Origin: a virus
Taxonomy: Duplodnaviria; Heunggongvirae; Uroviricota; Caudoviricetes
DNA length: 15,945 nucleotides
Virus record (IMG/VR): IMGVR_UViG_2698536395_000013
Strand: one strand, 5' to 3'
In this document: in pieces, positions 8,093 to 15,757 of the stretch
Layout: every line of letters starts with the position of its first letter
How positions within the stretch are numbered: position 1 is the stretch's first letter
Notes under the pieces: generated by a model
Seen by the model: the letters and a program-made list of their open reading frames with translations, nothing else
The model's database searches: none
What the model was told of the DNA's origin: nothing
Made by a program: the position numbers and the translations under genes

Positions 8093-9018
8093 AGATCCAC
8101 CCCGTAAATCCAGTCTGTGTTTGTCAGGTCGAGTTTTGGTTTGCCGACTGTCACGCCAGCCTGTTGCTTGTTCCGGTTGATTTCGAGCTGGGTCCACTTG
8201 TCGCGGAGTTTGGCCGGACTCAGCACGTTACCGGACCAGAAGTTGTCCTGGCAGGCCCAGCGGAACAGTACACACATGTCGCGGTGGTTACGTCCATCAC
8301 GTTCACGCATCAGACGGATATCGTTAGCCCACCCTGCAAAATTCGGTTTTCTGGCTGATGGCGCGATGGTCTTCACCATGTCAAACATCCACTCTGCGGC
8401 GGTCAGGTCTTCTGCTGTCCCCCACTTGCTGCCGCTCTGAATCGCAGCATCCGCTTTCACCACAGGAAGGTCGTTTTCTGGCAGGTCAGAGGATTCGCCA
8501 GAATTCTCGGACGAATAAGGTTTTATATTGTCTTTTGTTAGTTTGTCTTTTGTGTTTACCTGATTCGGGTAAGTGCCTTTACCTGATTTGGGTAAACTTT
8601 TCTTACCTGATTCAGGTAAATTTACCTCTTTCAGGTAAACTTTATTTTTCTTACCTGATTCGGGTAATGTTGACCATTCACTGACCACATTATTAATGCC
8701 GATATTCCGCCCGCTCTGAATAAAAATCCCACGCTTTACCAGAACACTTTTTGCAGCAGAACACTTGTGCGGCAATATCCCGGTCAACTCGGAAAGTTGC
8801 TCGTTGCTCACCCAGTCCAGTTTTTTATTAAAGCCATATGTTTTGCGCATGACAGCCAGGAAGACCAGAAGCTGGTGCTGTGTTAATCCGGCCAGCATTA
8901 CAGCTTCCAGCAACTCATTTGCAATGCGCGTATAACCATCATCGAGATCTGCCACGCGCGGCTCCTTTTGTGCCGCATCCGGCACTGGAAAATTGAATAT
9001 CTCAGCAGTGTTTGCCAT
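8089..9018 (-). CDS. O: replication initiator O, 309 aa; N-terminal iteron-binding domain diverged, C-terminal P-interaction domain lambda-like
   Basis: Starts MANTAEIFNFPVPDAAQKEPRVADLDDGY with GGGAGG SD. The C-terminal part AIQSGSKWGTAEDLTAAEWMFDMVKTIAPSARKPNFAGWANDIRLMRERDGRNHRDMCVLFRWACQDNFWSGNVLSPAKLRDKWTQLEINRNKQQAGVT is close to lambda O. The iteron array lies inside the gene. Confidence 0.9.
   Translation of the reverse strand: MANTAEIFNFPVPDAAQKEPRVADLDDGYTRIANELLEAVMLAGLTQHQLLVFLAVMRKTYGFNKKLDWVSNEQLSELTGILPHKCSAAKSVLVKRGIFIQSGRNIGINNVVSEWSTLPESGKKNKVYLKEVNLPESGKKSLPKSGKGTYPNQVNTKDKLTKDNIKPYSSENSGESSDLPENDLPVVKADAAIQSGSKWGTAEDLTAAEWMFDMVKTIAPSARKPNFAGWANDIRLMRERDGRNHRDMCVLFRWACQDNFWSGNVLSPAKLRDKWTQLEINRNKQQAGVTVGKPKLDLTNTDWIYGVDL
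8556..8667. repeat. ori iterons: five copies of a 17-bp near-palindrome TTACCTGATTCGGGTAA inside the O gene, next to an AT-rich segment (about 8500-8555)
   Basis: Copies at 8556-8572, 8579-8595, 8603-8619, 8622-8638 and 8651-8667 with 1-3 substitutions. Encoded as the repetitive LPESGK peptide in O. Confidence 0.8.
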
Positions 9019-9104
9019 AATTCCTCCCGCAATGAGTGTGTTACGATTTGCACCTGAAAGTCGGTTCTGTTCCAGCAGACCGGCTTTCGCCATTTCTGAA
9101 CCTG

Positions 9105-9644
9105 TCATATCGCCCCCAGCATGGTAGTAACCATCGCCATCAATGGACCAGCCAGCTCTGGGTCCACACGAAACATCGACACAATACCTTCACTAATTTC
9201 CTTCAGTTTCTGGTGGCGTGGTGCGTTGAGAATGACAGCCTGTTTTGCCTCACTGAGTTCCTTTTCCATTTCAGCCAACCTAGCCATGAAGCTATCCTGC
9301 TCAACCAGGTAACCGCGATATTCCAGCGGTAGTACCGCCAGAATTGCCGGGGTCAGTTCACGCACGTTATTTCGGTATTTTTCAGAATCGAATTTGTTAT
9401 CGAGGAAGCGGAACAGCTTCTGGCGTGTACGGCTGACATCATCAGGGAAATCGATGGTGCCGCCGCCCTGCTCCCGATACTCATTCACAATGAGTGTGGC
9501 AACGACATCCTGATTATCTACAGCCGACCAGGCGCGGACGGCATCACGGATTTTTTCGTGGCCTGGCACCTGTTTTGTTTGAGAACGATTTATCACCGCA
9601 GTCGGGCTAAATCCGCTAGTCTGTTGGTATGGAAGTGGTTGCAT
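9105..9644 (-). CDS. hypothetical phage regulatory protein in the cII position, 179 aa
   Basis: ORF with AAGGAG SD before the ATG at 9644, between cro and O. Much longer than lambda CII (97 aa) and no HTH recognised by eye. Functional assignment is positional only. Confidence 0.45.
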   Translation of the reverse strand: MQPLPYQQTSGFSPTAVINRSQTKQVPGHEKIRDAVRAWSAVDNQDVVATLIVNEYREQGGGTIDFPDDVSRTRQKLFRFLDNKFDSEKYRNNVRELTPAILAVLPLEYRGYLVEQDSFMARLAEMEKELSEAKQAVILNAPRHQKLKEISEGIVSMFRVDPELAGPLMAMVTTMLGAI

Positions 9645-9713
9645 AATTGACTCCTTTAGTTTGAATTGACTGTTAAGTTGATTGCTTATTGTTAAAGAGC
9701 GTGAAATGGAAAT

Positions 9714-9944
9714 TTAAGCTGCGTTCTTTTCGGTGTGTGGAAACAACTTCGGAAGATCCGGGCGAATCTGGTATGCCTTCACTACTCCACCAGTAGCCGT
9801 AACAATGCTGCCGACATGTTCAGGGGATACCTTTGCTTTGTTGTGAAGCCACTTATAGACGGCCTGCTGTGAAACTTCGCAGGCAGCGCCCAGTTTCTTT
9901 TGTGAACCAACGATATTGATCGCTGTTTTGATAGCTGGGTTCAT
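9714..9944 (-). CDS. cro: Cro-like HTH repressor (Cro/YdaS family), 76 aa
   Basis: Translation MNPAIKTAINIVGSQKKLGAACEVSQQAVYKWLHNKAKVSPEH contains a helix-turn-helix (QKKLGAACEVSQQAVYKW). GGAGG SD. Divergent from cI across an operator region. Confidence 0.7.
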   Translation of the reverse strand: MNPAIKTAINIVGSQKKLGAACEVSQQAVYKWLHNKAKVSPEHVGSIVTATGGVVKAYQIRPDLPKLFPHTEKNAA

Positions 9945-10048
9945 AACAACCTCCGTGGTTAATTTGAATCAAGATTAAAACTATGGTTGTCTTTAGTCAA
10001 CAACCATTTTCGTTTGATGGAATAAAACCTTGGTTGTACATTTGGACT
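9945..10048. promoter_or_regulatory. OR region: divergent pR (minus, for cro) and pRM (plus, for cI) with operator palindromes
   Basis: 25-bp palindrome ATGGTTGT-N9-ACAACCAT at 9983-10007 overlaps the minus-strand -35 TTGACT of a pR candidate. A further TGGTTGTACA half-site at 10031-10040 overlaps the pRM -10 candidate TACATT (10037-10042), with -35 TTGATG at 10015-10020. Confidence 0.5.
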
Positions 10049-10738
10049 ATGAAAACAACACTCTCAGAAAGACTTAAAGAAGCCAGATTAGCGCGAGGCC
10101 TTACACAAAAGGCGCTTGGGGATTTGGTCGGGGTTAGCCAGGCTGCTATTCAGAAAATCGAAACAGGGAAAGCTAATCAAACAACTAAAATCGTGGAGAT
10201 CGCGAACGCTTTGGGTGTGCGCGCAGAATGGTTATCTTCTGGCGTTGGAAATATGTCAGACAGTACAGTGCAACCAATACAATCAACTGTCAGCCATTCC
10301 AAATACTTCAAGATTGACGTTCTTGATATAGAAGTCAGTGCTGGGCCGGGAGTCATCAACCGTGAGTTTGTAGAAGTTCTACGCTCGGTTGAGTACTCGT
10401 TTGACGATGCTCGTCACATGTTCGATGGTAGGAAGGCAGAAAATATCCGCATCATTAACGTGCGTGGTGACAGCATGTCAGGAACGATCGAACCAGGTGA
10501 TCTGCTGTTCGTTGATATCACGGTTAAATCTTTCGACGGTGATGGTATCTATGCATTTCTGTACGACGACACCGCCCATGTAAAGCGCCTGCAAATGATG
10601 AAGGATAAACTGCTGGTTATCTCTGATAACAAGAGCTACTCACCGTGGGACCCTATCGAGAAAGACGAGATGAACCGGGTATTCATATTCGGTAAGGTTA
10701 TTGGGAGCATGCCGCAGACGTACAGAAAACACGGATAA
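10049..10738 (+). CDS. cI: CI-type prophage repressor (N-terminal HTH, C-terminal S24 LexA-like autopeptidase), 229 aa, probably leaderless
   Basis: Translation MKTTLSERLKEARLARGLTQKALGDLVGVSQAAIQKIETGKA (HTH) ... INVRGDSMSGTIEPGDLLFVD ... VKRL (Ser/Lys dyad context). No SD; the ATG lies about 7 nt after the putative -10. The upstream in-frame ATG at 9983 lies inside the operator and is rejected. Confidence 0.85.
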   Translation: MKTTLSERLKEARLARGLTQKALGDLVGVSQAAIQKIETGKANQTTKIVEIANALGVRAEWLSSGVGNMSDSTVQPIQSTVSHSKYFKIDVLDIEVSAGPGVINREFVEVLRSVEYSFDDARHMFDGRKAENIRIINVRGDSMSGTIEPGDLLFVDITVKSFDGDGIYAFLYDDTAHVKRLQMMKDKLLVISDNKSYSPWDPIEKDEMNRVFIFGKVIGSMPQTYRKHG

Positions 10739-10819
10739 TCAGCCGCGTGTTGATGAGGCTTTTGGGTAATACGCTGAAGAAAATACCTTATAAAAAATAA
10801 CATTACGGGAAAGGCAAAA

Positions 10820-11083
10820 ATGAGTAATAAAACACTTGTTAAAAAATCAAATAACTGTGTCGATGCATACGCCGACGCGTTTGGCTACTCTTCGTTTGGT
10901 GACGGCTCTCAGCGCCTAGGTTCAATTTCTTTTTTTCATAATGTAACTGAATGGCCTGTTGATGAAAGTGACGATGTTGAGAACATAAAGTACAACATTG
11001 CAACCATTAGAATGCCCGAAGAATTGATGCTTAAATTGGCTGACTTCATTCGCGACCAGCATGACAAAGCTAAAACAAACTAA
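10820..11083 (+). CDS. hypothetical acidic protein, 87 aa, first gene in the rexA-equivalent position
   Basis: ORF downstream of cI on the same strand; AT-rich; GGGAAAGG upstream of the ATG. No family recognised. Confidence 0.5.
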   Translation: MSNKTLVKKSNNCVDAYADAFGYSSFGDGSQRLGSISFFHNVTEWPVDESDDVENIKYNIATIRMPEELMLKLADFIRDQHDKAKTN

Positions 11084-11095
11084 TCGTAATTAATT

Positions 11096-11539
11096 ATGAA
11101 ACACGATTATTACGAAGCTCCAAACCTAAATGATAAAATTGCAAAGGCGGCAGAATCATTTTGTTTGCACTCCAGTGCGTCTTCCCAGCTAGCAGGTATA
11201 TCTGGAAAAAGATGGGACATGCTACAATCAAGTGGTAGCAGTGGGTCTGGGAGTGATAACATGCCTGAAAAAGTTGCAAAACTGGAGTCCGATGTTGCTC
11301 ATATCAAACGAGACGTTGATGAACTTAAAACAGACGTTAAAGCTATCGACAAAAATATGATAACTATTCTTGCACGTCTGGACTCTATAAAAGAATCCTT
11401 AACAAACAAGCCATCAAGTGATGCTGTCGATAGAAAGATTTCAGACGCAAAGCTTGCGGTATTGCTTGGTGTTCCAGCAATCATCGCTGCAGGAACAGGA
11501 CTTTATAAGCTATCAATGTACTTTTTCTTTAGTGCTTAA
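11096..11539 (+). CDS. hypothetical coiled-coil protein with C-terminal transmembrane anchor, 147 aa (alternative start at 11261 gives 92 aa)
   Basis: Heptad-like segment KVAKLESDVAHIKRDVDELKTDVKAIDKNMITILARLDSIKESL followed by the hydrophobic LAVLLGVPAIIAAGTGLY. The ATG at 11096 has no SD; the in-frame ATG at 11261 has GGGAG upstream. Confidence 0.5.
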   Translation: MKHDYYEAPNLNDKIAKAAESFCLHSSASSQLAGISGKRWDMLQSSGSSGSGSDNMPEKVAKLESDVAHIKRDVDELKTDVKAIDKNMITILARLDSIKESLTNKPSSDAVDRKISDAKLAVLLGVPAIIAAGTGLYKLSMYFFFSA

Positions 11540-11613
11540 GAAAATGCTCGCACCCTTGCATTAGGTAAAGCGATTTTTCATTCCCCATTACCCTCGCTCT
11601 TAACCAATCATCT

Positions 11614-11643
11614 AAACCCGGCCACCGTGCCGGGTTTTCTTTT
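11614..11643 (+). terminator. intrinsic terminator ending the cI-87aa-147aa transcript (timm-like)
   Basis: Stem CCCGGC (11617-11622) / GCCGGG (11629-11634), extendable to AAACCCGGC/GCCGGGTTT, followed by TTTTCTTTT. Confidence 0.6.
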
Positions 11644-11769
11644 GCCCTCCCCTCATCATACACCGTTCAAAAAAACCACCACGACCTCGCTTCAGTTATC
11701 GCTATGCGATGCAAGTCACAAAATAAATCCATCTTAAATACAACCAGTTATATCTAAAACAACCAACAA

Positions 11770-11812
11770 AACAACTTTTGTTGTTGACGATAAAACAACT
11801 ATAGTTTTAAAT
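11770..11812 (+). promoter_or_regulatory. candidate pL with OL operator palindrome
   Basis: -35 TTGTTG (11778-11783), 16-nt spacer, -10 TATAGT (11800-11805). The perfect palindrome AACAACTTTTGTTGTT (11770-11785) overlaps the -35 and shares the ACAAC/GTTGT half-site with the OR region. Confidence 0.4.
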
Positions 11813-12005
11813 GAGTTCATCGCAACAACACAACGATACGGCAATCACCTGATTCACCGTTGCGATGACCGCTTAGATCCGCAGCTTGAATTTCAGCAGG
11901 CTTCGGGGAGTGCGAGGGATGAAACGGACGCGTGAACGTCGGTGTGACCAGCTGAAATCAACTCAACATTTCATACCTTAGTCGCTTCAACGAGGCGGCT
12001 TAGTT

Positions 12006-12296
12006 ATGACAACCGGCGGCCATCCACCGCCTGAATACGCGCAGAAGTCTTTATATGTTCAGCAGCCCAGCTTACGGGCAGGAGTTTTTATGGTTCATCA
12101 ACATTACGGAACGCAGACCGTTAATCGCGGTGCGGTCATGCCAGGAATGCTGGTCAAACGCAAAGATGGTACCTGGACTGCATCAGCTAATTTACGCGGA
12201 CGACTTTATCTGCATCGCGGCATTGAGCGCACTTATACCCGTGACTTGCTCGTGGAAGTTTTTCTCGACGGACGCGGCAACGCTCTGAATCACTAA
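12006..12296 (+). CDS. hypothetical protein, 96 aa, in the kil/cIII position upstream of gam; possibly the C-terminal part of an interrupted reading frame (see findings)
   Basis: ORF in the same frame as the Arg-rich 20-codon ORF at 11919-11981, separated from it by a TAG. No family recognised. Confidence 0.35.
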   Translation: MTTGGHPPPEYAQKSLYVQQPSLRAGVFMVHQHYGTQTVNRGAVMPGMLVKRKDGTWTASANLRGRLYLHRGIERTYTRDLLVEVFLDGRGNALNH

Positions 12297-12371
12297 TCCC
12301 CTTTCCTGTTTTCCGAATCAGCCTGGCATTCCGCGGGCGATTTTTTCACAGCCATTTTCAGGAGTTCAGCC

Positions 12372-12668
12372 ATGAACGCTTATTACATTCAGGATCGTCT
12401 TGAGGCTCAGAGCTGGGCGCGTCACTACCAGCAGATCGCCCGTGAAGAGAAAGAGGCAGAACTGGCAGACGACATGGAAAAAGGCCTGCCCCAGCACCTG
12501 TTTGAATCGCTATGCATCGATCATTTGCAACGCCACGGGGCCAGCAAAAAAGCCATTACCCGTGCGTTTGATGACGATGTTGAGTTTCAGGAGCGCATGG
12601 CAGAACACATCCGGTACATGGTTGAAACCATTGCTCACCACCAGGTTGATATTGATTCAGAGGTATAA
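12372..12668 (+). CDS. gam: Gam (RecBCD inhibitor), 98-aa short form
   Basis: Translation [60 protein letters not shown]...[10 protein letters not shown] is close to lambda Gam as I recall it. AGGAG SD. Confidence 0.9.
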   Translation: MNAYYIQDRLEAQSWARHYQQIAREEKEAELADDMEKGLPQHLFESLCIDHLQRHGASKKAITRAFDDDVEFQERMAEHIRYMVETIAHHQVDIDSEV

Positions 12669-12673
12669 AACGG

Positions 12674-13459
12674 ATGAGTACAGCACTCGCAACGCTGGCA
12701 GGGAAGCTGGCTGAACGTGTCGGCATGGATTCTGTCGACCCACAGGAACTGATCACCACTCTTCGCCAGACGGCATTTAAAGGTGATGCCAGCGATGCGC
12801 AGTTCATCGCATTGTTGATCGTCGCCAACCAGTACGGCCTTAATCCGTGGACGAAAGAAATTTACGCCTTCCCTGATAAGCAGAACGGCATTGTTCCGGT
12901 GGTGGGCGTTGATGGCTGGTCCCGCATCATCAATGAAAACCAGCAGTTTGATGGCATGGACTTTGAGCAGGACAATGAATCCTGTACATGCCGGATTTAC
13001 CGCAAGGACCGTAATCATCCGATCTGCGTTACCGAATGGATGGATGAATGCCGCCGCGAACCATTCAAAACCCGCGAAGGCAGAGAAATCACGGGGCCGT
13101 GGCAGTCGCATCCCAAACGGATGTTACGGCATAAAGCCATGATTCAGTGTGCCCGTCTGGCCTTCGGATTTGCTGGTATCTATGACAAGGATGAAGCCGA
13201 GCGCATTGTCGAAAATACTGCATACACTGCAGAACGTCAGCCAGAACGCGACATCACTCCGGTTAACGATGAAACCATGCAGGAGATTAACACTCTGCTG
13301 ATCGCCCTGAATAAAACATGGGATGACGACTTATTGCCGCTCTGTTCCCAGATATTTCGCCGCGACATTCGCGCATCGTCAGAACTGACACAGGCCGAAG
13401 CAGTGAAAGCTCTTGGATTCCTGAAACAGAAAGCCACTGAGCAGAAGGTGGCAGCATGA
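12674..13459 (+). CDS. bet: Bet (Red-beta single-strand annealing protein), 261 aa
   Basis: Translation [66 protein letters not shown]... is close to lambda Bet over its full length. Confidence 0.95.
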   Translation: MSTALATLAGKLAERVGMDSVDPQELITTLRQTAFKGDASDAQFIALLIVANQYGLNPWTKEIYAFPDKQNGIVPVVGVDGWSRIINENQQFDGMDFEQDNESCTCRIYRKDRNHPICVTEWMDECRREPFKTREGREITGPWQSHPKRMLRHKAMIQCARLAFGFAGIYDKDEAERIVENTAYTAERQPERDITPVNDETMQEINTLLIALNKTWDDDLLPLCSQIFRRDIRASSELTQAEAVKALGFLKQKATEQKVAA

Positions 13460-14136
13460 TACCGGACATTATCCTGCAGCGTACCGGGATCGACGTGAGA
13501 GCTGTCGAACAGGGGGATGATGCATGGCACAAATTACGGCTCGGCGTCATCACCGCTTCAGAAGTTCACAACGTGATAGCAAAGCCCCGCTCAGGAAAGA
13601 AGTGGCCTGACATGAAAATGTCCTACTTCCACACCCTGCTGGCTGAGGTTTGCACCGGTGTGGCTCCGGAAGTTAATGCTAAGGCGCTGGCCTGGGGAAA
13701 ACAGTACGAGAACGACGCCAGAACCCTGTTTGAATTCACTTCCGGCGTGAATATTACTGAATCCCCGATCATCTATCGCGACGAAAGTATGCGCACCGCC
13801 TGCTCTCCCGATGGTTTATGCAGTGACGGCAACGGCCTTGAACTGAAATGCCCGTTTACCTCCCGGGATTTCATGAAATTCCGGCTCGGTGGTTTCGAGG
13901 CAATAAAATCGGCTTACATGGCCCAGGTGCAGTACAGCATGTGGGTGACGCGAAAAGATGCCTGGTACTTTGCCAACTATGACCCGCGCATGAAGCGTGA
14001 AGGCCTGCATTATGTCGTGATTGAGCGGAATGAAAAGTACATGGCGAGTTTTGACGAGATGGTGCCGGAGTTCATCGAAAAAATGGACGAGGCACTGGCT
14101 GAAATTGGTTTTGTATTTGGGGAGCAATGGCGATGA
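13456..14136 (+). CDS. exo: Exo (Red-alpha 5'-3' exonuclease), 226 aa
   Basis: Translation [43 protein letters not shown]...GEQWR is close to lambda Exo. ATG overlaps the bet stop (ATGA). Confidence 0.95.
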   Translation: MIPDIILQRTGIDVRAVEQGDDAWHKLRLGVITASEVHNVIAKPRSGKKWPDMKMSYFHTLLAEVCTGVAPEVNAKALAWGKQYENDARTLFEFTSGVNITESPIIYRDESMRTACSPDGLCSDGNGLELKCPFTSRDFMKFRLGGFEAIKSAYMAQVQYSMWVTRKDAWYFANYDPRMKREGLHYVVIERNEKYMASFDEMVPEFIEKMDEALAEIGFVFGEQWR

Positions 14137-14315
14137 CGCATCCTCACGATAATATCCGGGTAGGCGCGATCACTTTCGTCTACTCCGTTACAAAGCGAGG
14201 CTGGGTATTTCCCGGCCTTTCTGTTATCAGAAATCCACTGAAAGCACAGCGGCTGGCTGAGAAGATAAATAATAAACGGGAGGCGGTATGCACAAAGCAT
14301 CTCCTGTTGAGTTAA
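14133..14315 (+). CDS. lambda orf60a-like small protein, 60 aa
   Basis: Translation [63 protein letters not shown] overlaps the exo stop (ATGA). Identity is from position and recollection. Confidence 0.65.
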   Translation: MTHPHDNIRVGAITFVYSVTKRGWVFPGLSVIRNPLKAQRLAEKINNKREAVCTKHLLLS

Positions 14316-14479
14316 GAACGAGTATTGAGATGGCACATAGCCTTGCTCAAATTGGAGTCAGGTTTGTGCCAATACCAGTAGAAACAGACGAAGAATTTCA
14401 TACGTTAGCCACATCCCTTTCACAAAAGCTGGAAATGATGGTGGCGAAAGCAGAAGCAGATGAGAGAGACCAGGTATGA
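14288..14479 (+). CDS. lambda orf63-like protein, 63 aa
   Basis: Translation [71 protein letters not shown]. Confidence 0.7.
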   Translation: MHKASPVELRTSIEMAHSLAQIGVRFVPIPVETDEEFHTLATSLSQKLEMMVAKAEADERDQV

Positions 14480-14559
14480 CAACCACTGAATGCATTTTTC
14501 TGGCAGCGGGCTTCATATTCTGTGTGCTTATGCTTGCCGACATGGGGCTTGTTCAATGA
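14476..14559 (+). CDS. possible 27-aa hydrophobic micro-protein, translationally coupled on both sides
   Basis: Not in the ORF track. Translation MTTTECIFLAAGFIFCVLMLADMGLVQ (single TM-like helix). Its ATG overlaps the orf63 stop (ATGA) and its stop overlaps the next ATG (ATGA). Confidence 0.3.
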   Translation: MTTTECIFLAAGFIFCVLMLADMGLVQ

Positions 14560-14771
14560 CACCTCAGCAAGAAAACGCCCTTCGCAGCATTGCCCGTCAG
14601 GCTAATTCTGAAATCAAAAAAGCCAGACAGCATTTTCCGGATAAAAACGTCGATGACATTTGCCGTAGCGTACTAAAGAAGCACCGCGAAACGGTAACGC
14701 TGATGGGATTCACACCGACTCATTTAAGCCTGGCGATCGGCATGTTAAACGGCGTCTTTAAGGAACGGTGA
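14556..14771 (+). CDS. small lambda early-left-region protein (orf61-like), 71 aa
   Basis: Translation MTPQQENALRSIARQANSEIKKARQHFPDKNVDDICRSVLKKHRETVTLMGFTPTHLSLAIGMLNGVFKER. The longer track ORF starting at 14490 has no SD and is rejected. Confidence 0.55.
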   Translation: MTPQQENALRSIARQANSEIKKARQHFPDKNVDDICRSVLKKHRETVTLMGFTPTHLSLAIGMLNGVFKER

Positions 14772-14792
14772 ACATGAAAAGCAAAATCATCA

Positions 14793-14817
14793 GGGAGCTA
14801 CAGGCTCCTTTTTTATT
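14793..14817 (+). terminator. possible intrinsic terminator
   Basis: Stem GGGAGC/GCUCCU (one G-U pair) with loop TACAG, followed by TTTTTTATT. Confidence 0.35.
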
Positions 14818-14869
14818 GTTCGCATTCATCCTCAAGCGTATTAACCAACAATTCAGGGATTAATGGAAG

Positions 14870-15088
14870 ATGGCAGACATCATTGATTCAGCATCAGAAA
14901 TCGAAGAATTACAGCGCAATACAGCAATAAAAATGCGTCGTCAGAACTACCAGACTGTATCCGCAACTCATTGTTGTGAGTGTGGCGATCCGATAGATGA
15001 GCGAAGACGCCTGGCTGTTCAGGGTTGTCGGACTTGTGCAAGTTGCCAGGAGGAGATCGAACTTAAGAACAAACAATGGGGACTGTGA
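14870..15088 (+). CDS. TraR/DksA-family C4 zinc-finger protein (lambda Orf73-like), 72 aa
   Basis: Translation ...CCECGDPIDERRRLAVQGCRTCASCQEE... has the CxxC-N17-CxxC zinc-ribbon motif of the TraR/DksA family. Confidence 0.75.
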   Translation: MADIIDSASEIEELQRNTAIKMRRQNYQTVSATHCCECGDPIDERRRLAVQGCRTCASCQEEIELKNKQWGL

Positions 15089-15135
15089 TGGCCTCAAAGC
15101 AGCAAATTTCAACATCGTCCAACTGAGGTGTAAAA

Positions 15136-15414
15136 ATGTTCAGAATCATTTTTCCTAACACCTGGTACGTCGACCACCACGGCACTCCCTGCAAAATCCT
15201 GCGTTCTACCCACAACAAAGTTCACTACATCCGAAAAGGCAGAACATGTATCGCCAGCATGTTCCGCTTTAATCATGACTTTGAACCTGTGAATAAAGCT
15301 GATGCAGATCGGATAGCAGAAGAGATCGAAACGGCAGAACACATTAAGAAGTTACGTGACATGCGTTCAAAAAGCAGAGGTAACCATGGAATCATACAGC
15401 CTCACACTCGATGA
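15136..15414 (+). CDS. hypothetical protein, 92 aa
   Basis: ORF with GAGGTG SD before the ATG at 15136. Its 3' end overlaps the xis start in another frame. No family recognised. Confidence 0.45.
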   Translation: MFRIIFPNTWYVDHHGTPCKILRSTHNKVHYIRKGRTCIASMFRFNHDFEPVNKADADRIAEEIETAEHIKKLRDMRSKSRGNHGIIQPHTR

Positions 15415-15757
15415 GGCCTGTCAGTTTCTTAAGATATCCAGACCAACCGCCACCAACTGGATACGAACAGGCCGCCTACAGGCAACACGTAAAGATCCAA
15501 CCAAGCCAAAATCTCCTTACCTCACAACACGGCAAGCCTGCATTGCGGCGCTTCAGTCTCCGCTGCATACTGTCCAGGTGAGCGCGGGTGATGGCATAAC
15601 AGAGGAAAGAAAATGTCACTCTTCCGCAGAAATGAAATATGGTATGCCTCGTATTCGCTCCCGGGCGGGAAACGAATTAAGGAATCTCTTGGCACAAAGG
15701 ACAAGCGGCAAGCTCAGGAGTTGCACGACAAGCGAAAAGCAGAACTCTGGCGAGTAG
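15386..15757 (+). CDS. xis: excisionase-like HTH protein (AlpA/Xis family); 3' extent uncertain
   Basis: Translation [38 protein letters not shown] is a typical Xis/AlpA HTH. GAGGT SD. The ORF runs 145 nt into the int start, so the true C-terminus may be shorter. Confidence 0.55.

Noticed and set aside
8556-8667. Regularly spaced short repeats that could be read as a CRISPR array
   Set aside because: The repeats are 17-bp near-palindromes with 2-12 bp irregular spacers inside the O coding sequence next to an AT-rich tract, which is the lambdoid ori iteron signature.
7299-8684. ORFs 7299-7634, 7585-7824, 7851-8180, 8117-8440, 8164-8358 and 8358-8684
   Set aside because: They are shadow ORFs inside the P and O genes, which match lambda replication proteins closely.
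9983-10048. Upstream in-frame ATG (9983) as the cI start, and the extended starts of Q (2685), holin (472), P (8197) and O (9108) given in the ORF track
   Set aside because: The extensions lack SDs, run through operator or intergenic signals, and add N-terminal residues absent from the homologs I recall; internal starts with SDs (or a leaderless arrangement for cI) fit better.
11614-11634. Hairpin after the boxA-like 9-mer as a nut boxB
   Set aside because: The stem is 6-9 bp with a 6-nt loop and a T-tract directly follows it, which is terminator architecture, not the 5-bp-stem pentaloop of boxB.
12400-14336. ORFs 12400-12714, 12556-12828, 12635-13111, 12891-13142, 13237-13530, 13287-13553, 13816-14127 and 14010-14336
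   Set aside because: They overlap gam, bet and exo, whose translations are near-identical to lambda's; these are alternative-frame artefacts.
14775-14864. 29-codon ORF MKSKIIRELQAPFLLFAFILKRINQQFRD
   Set aside because: It spans a terminator-like hairpin plus T-tract, has no SD, and is more likely non-coding.
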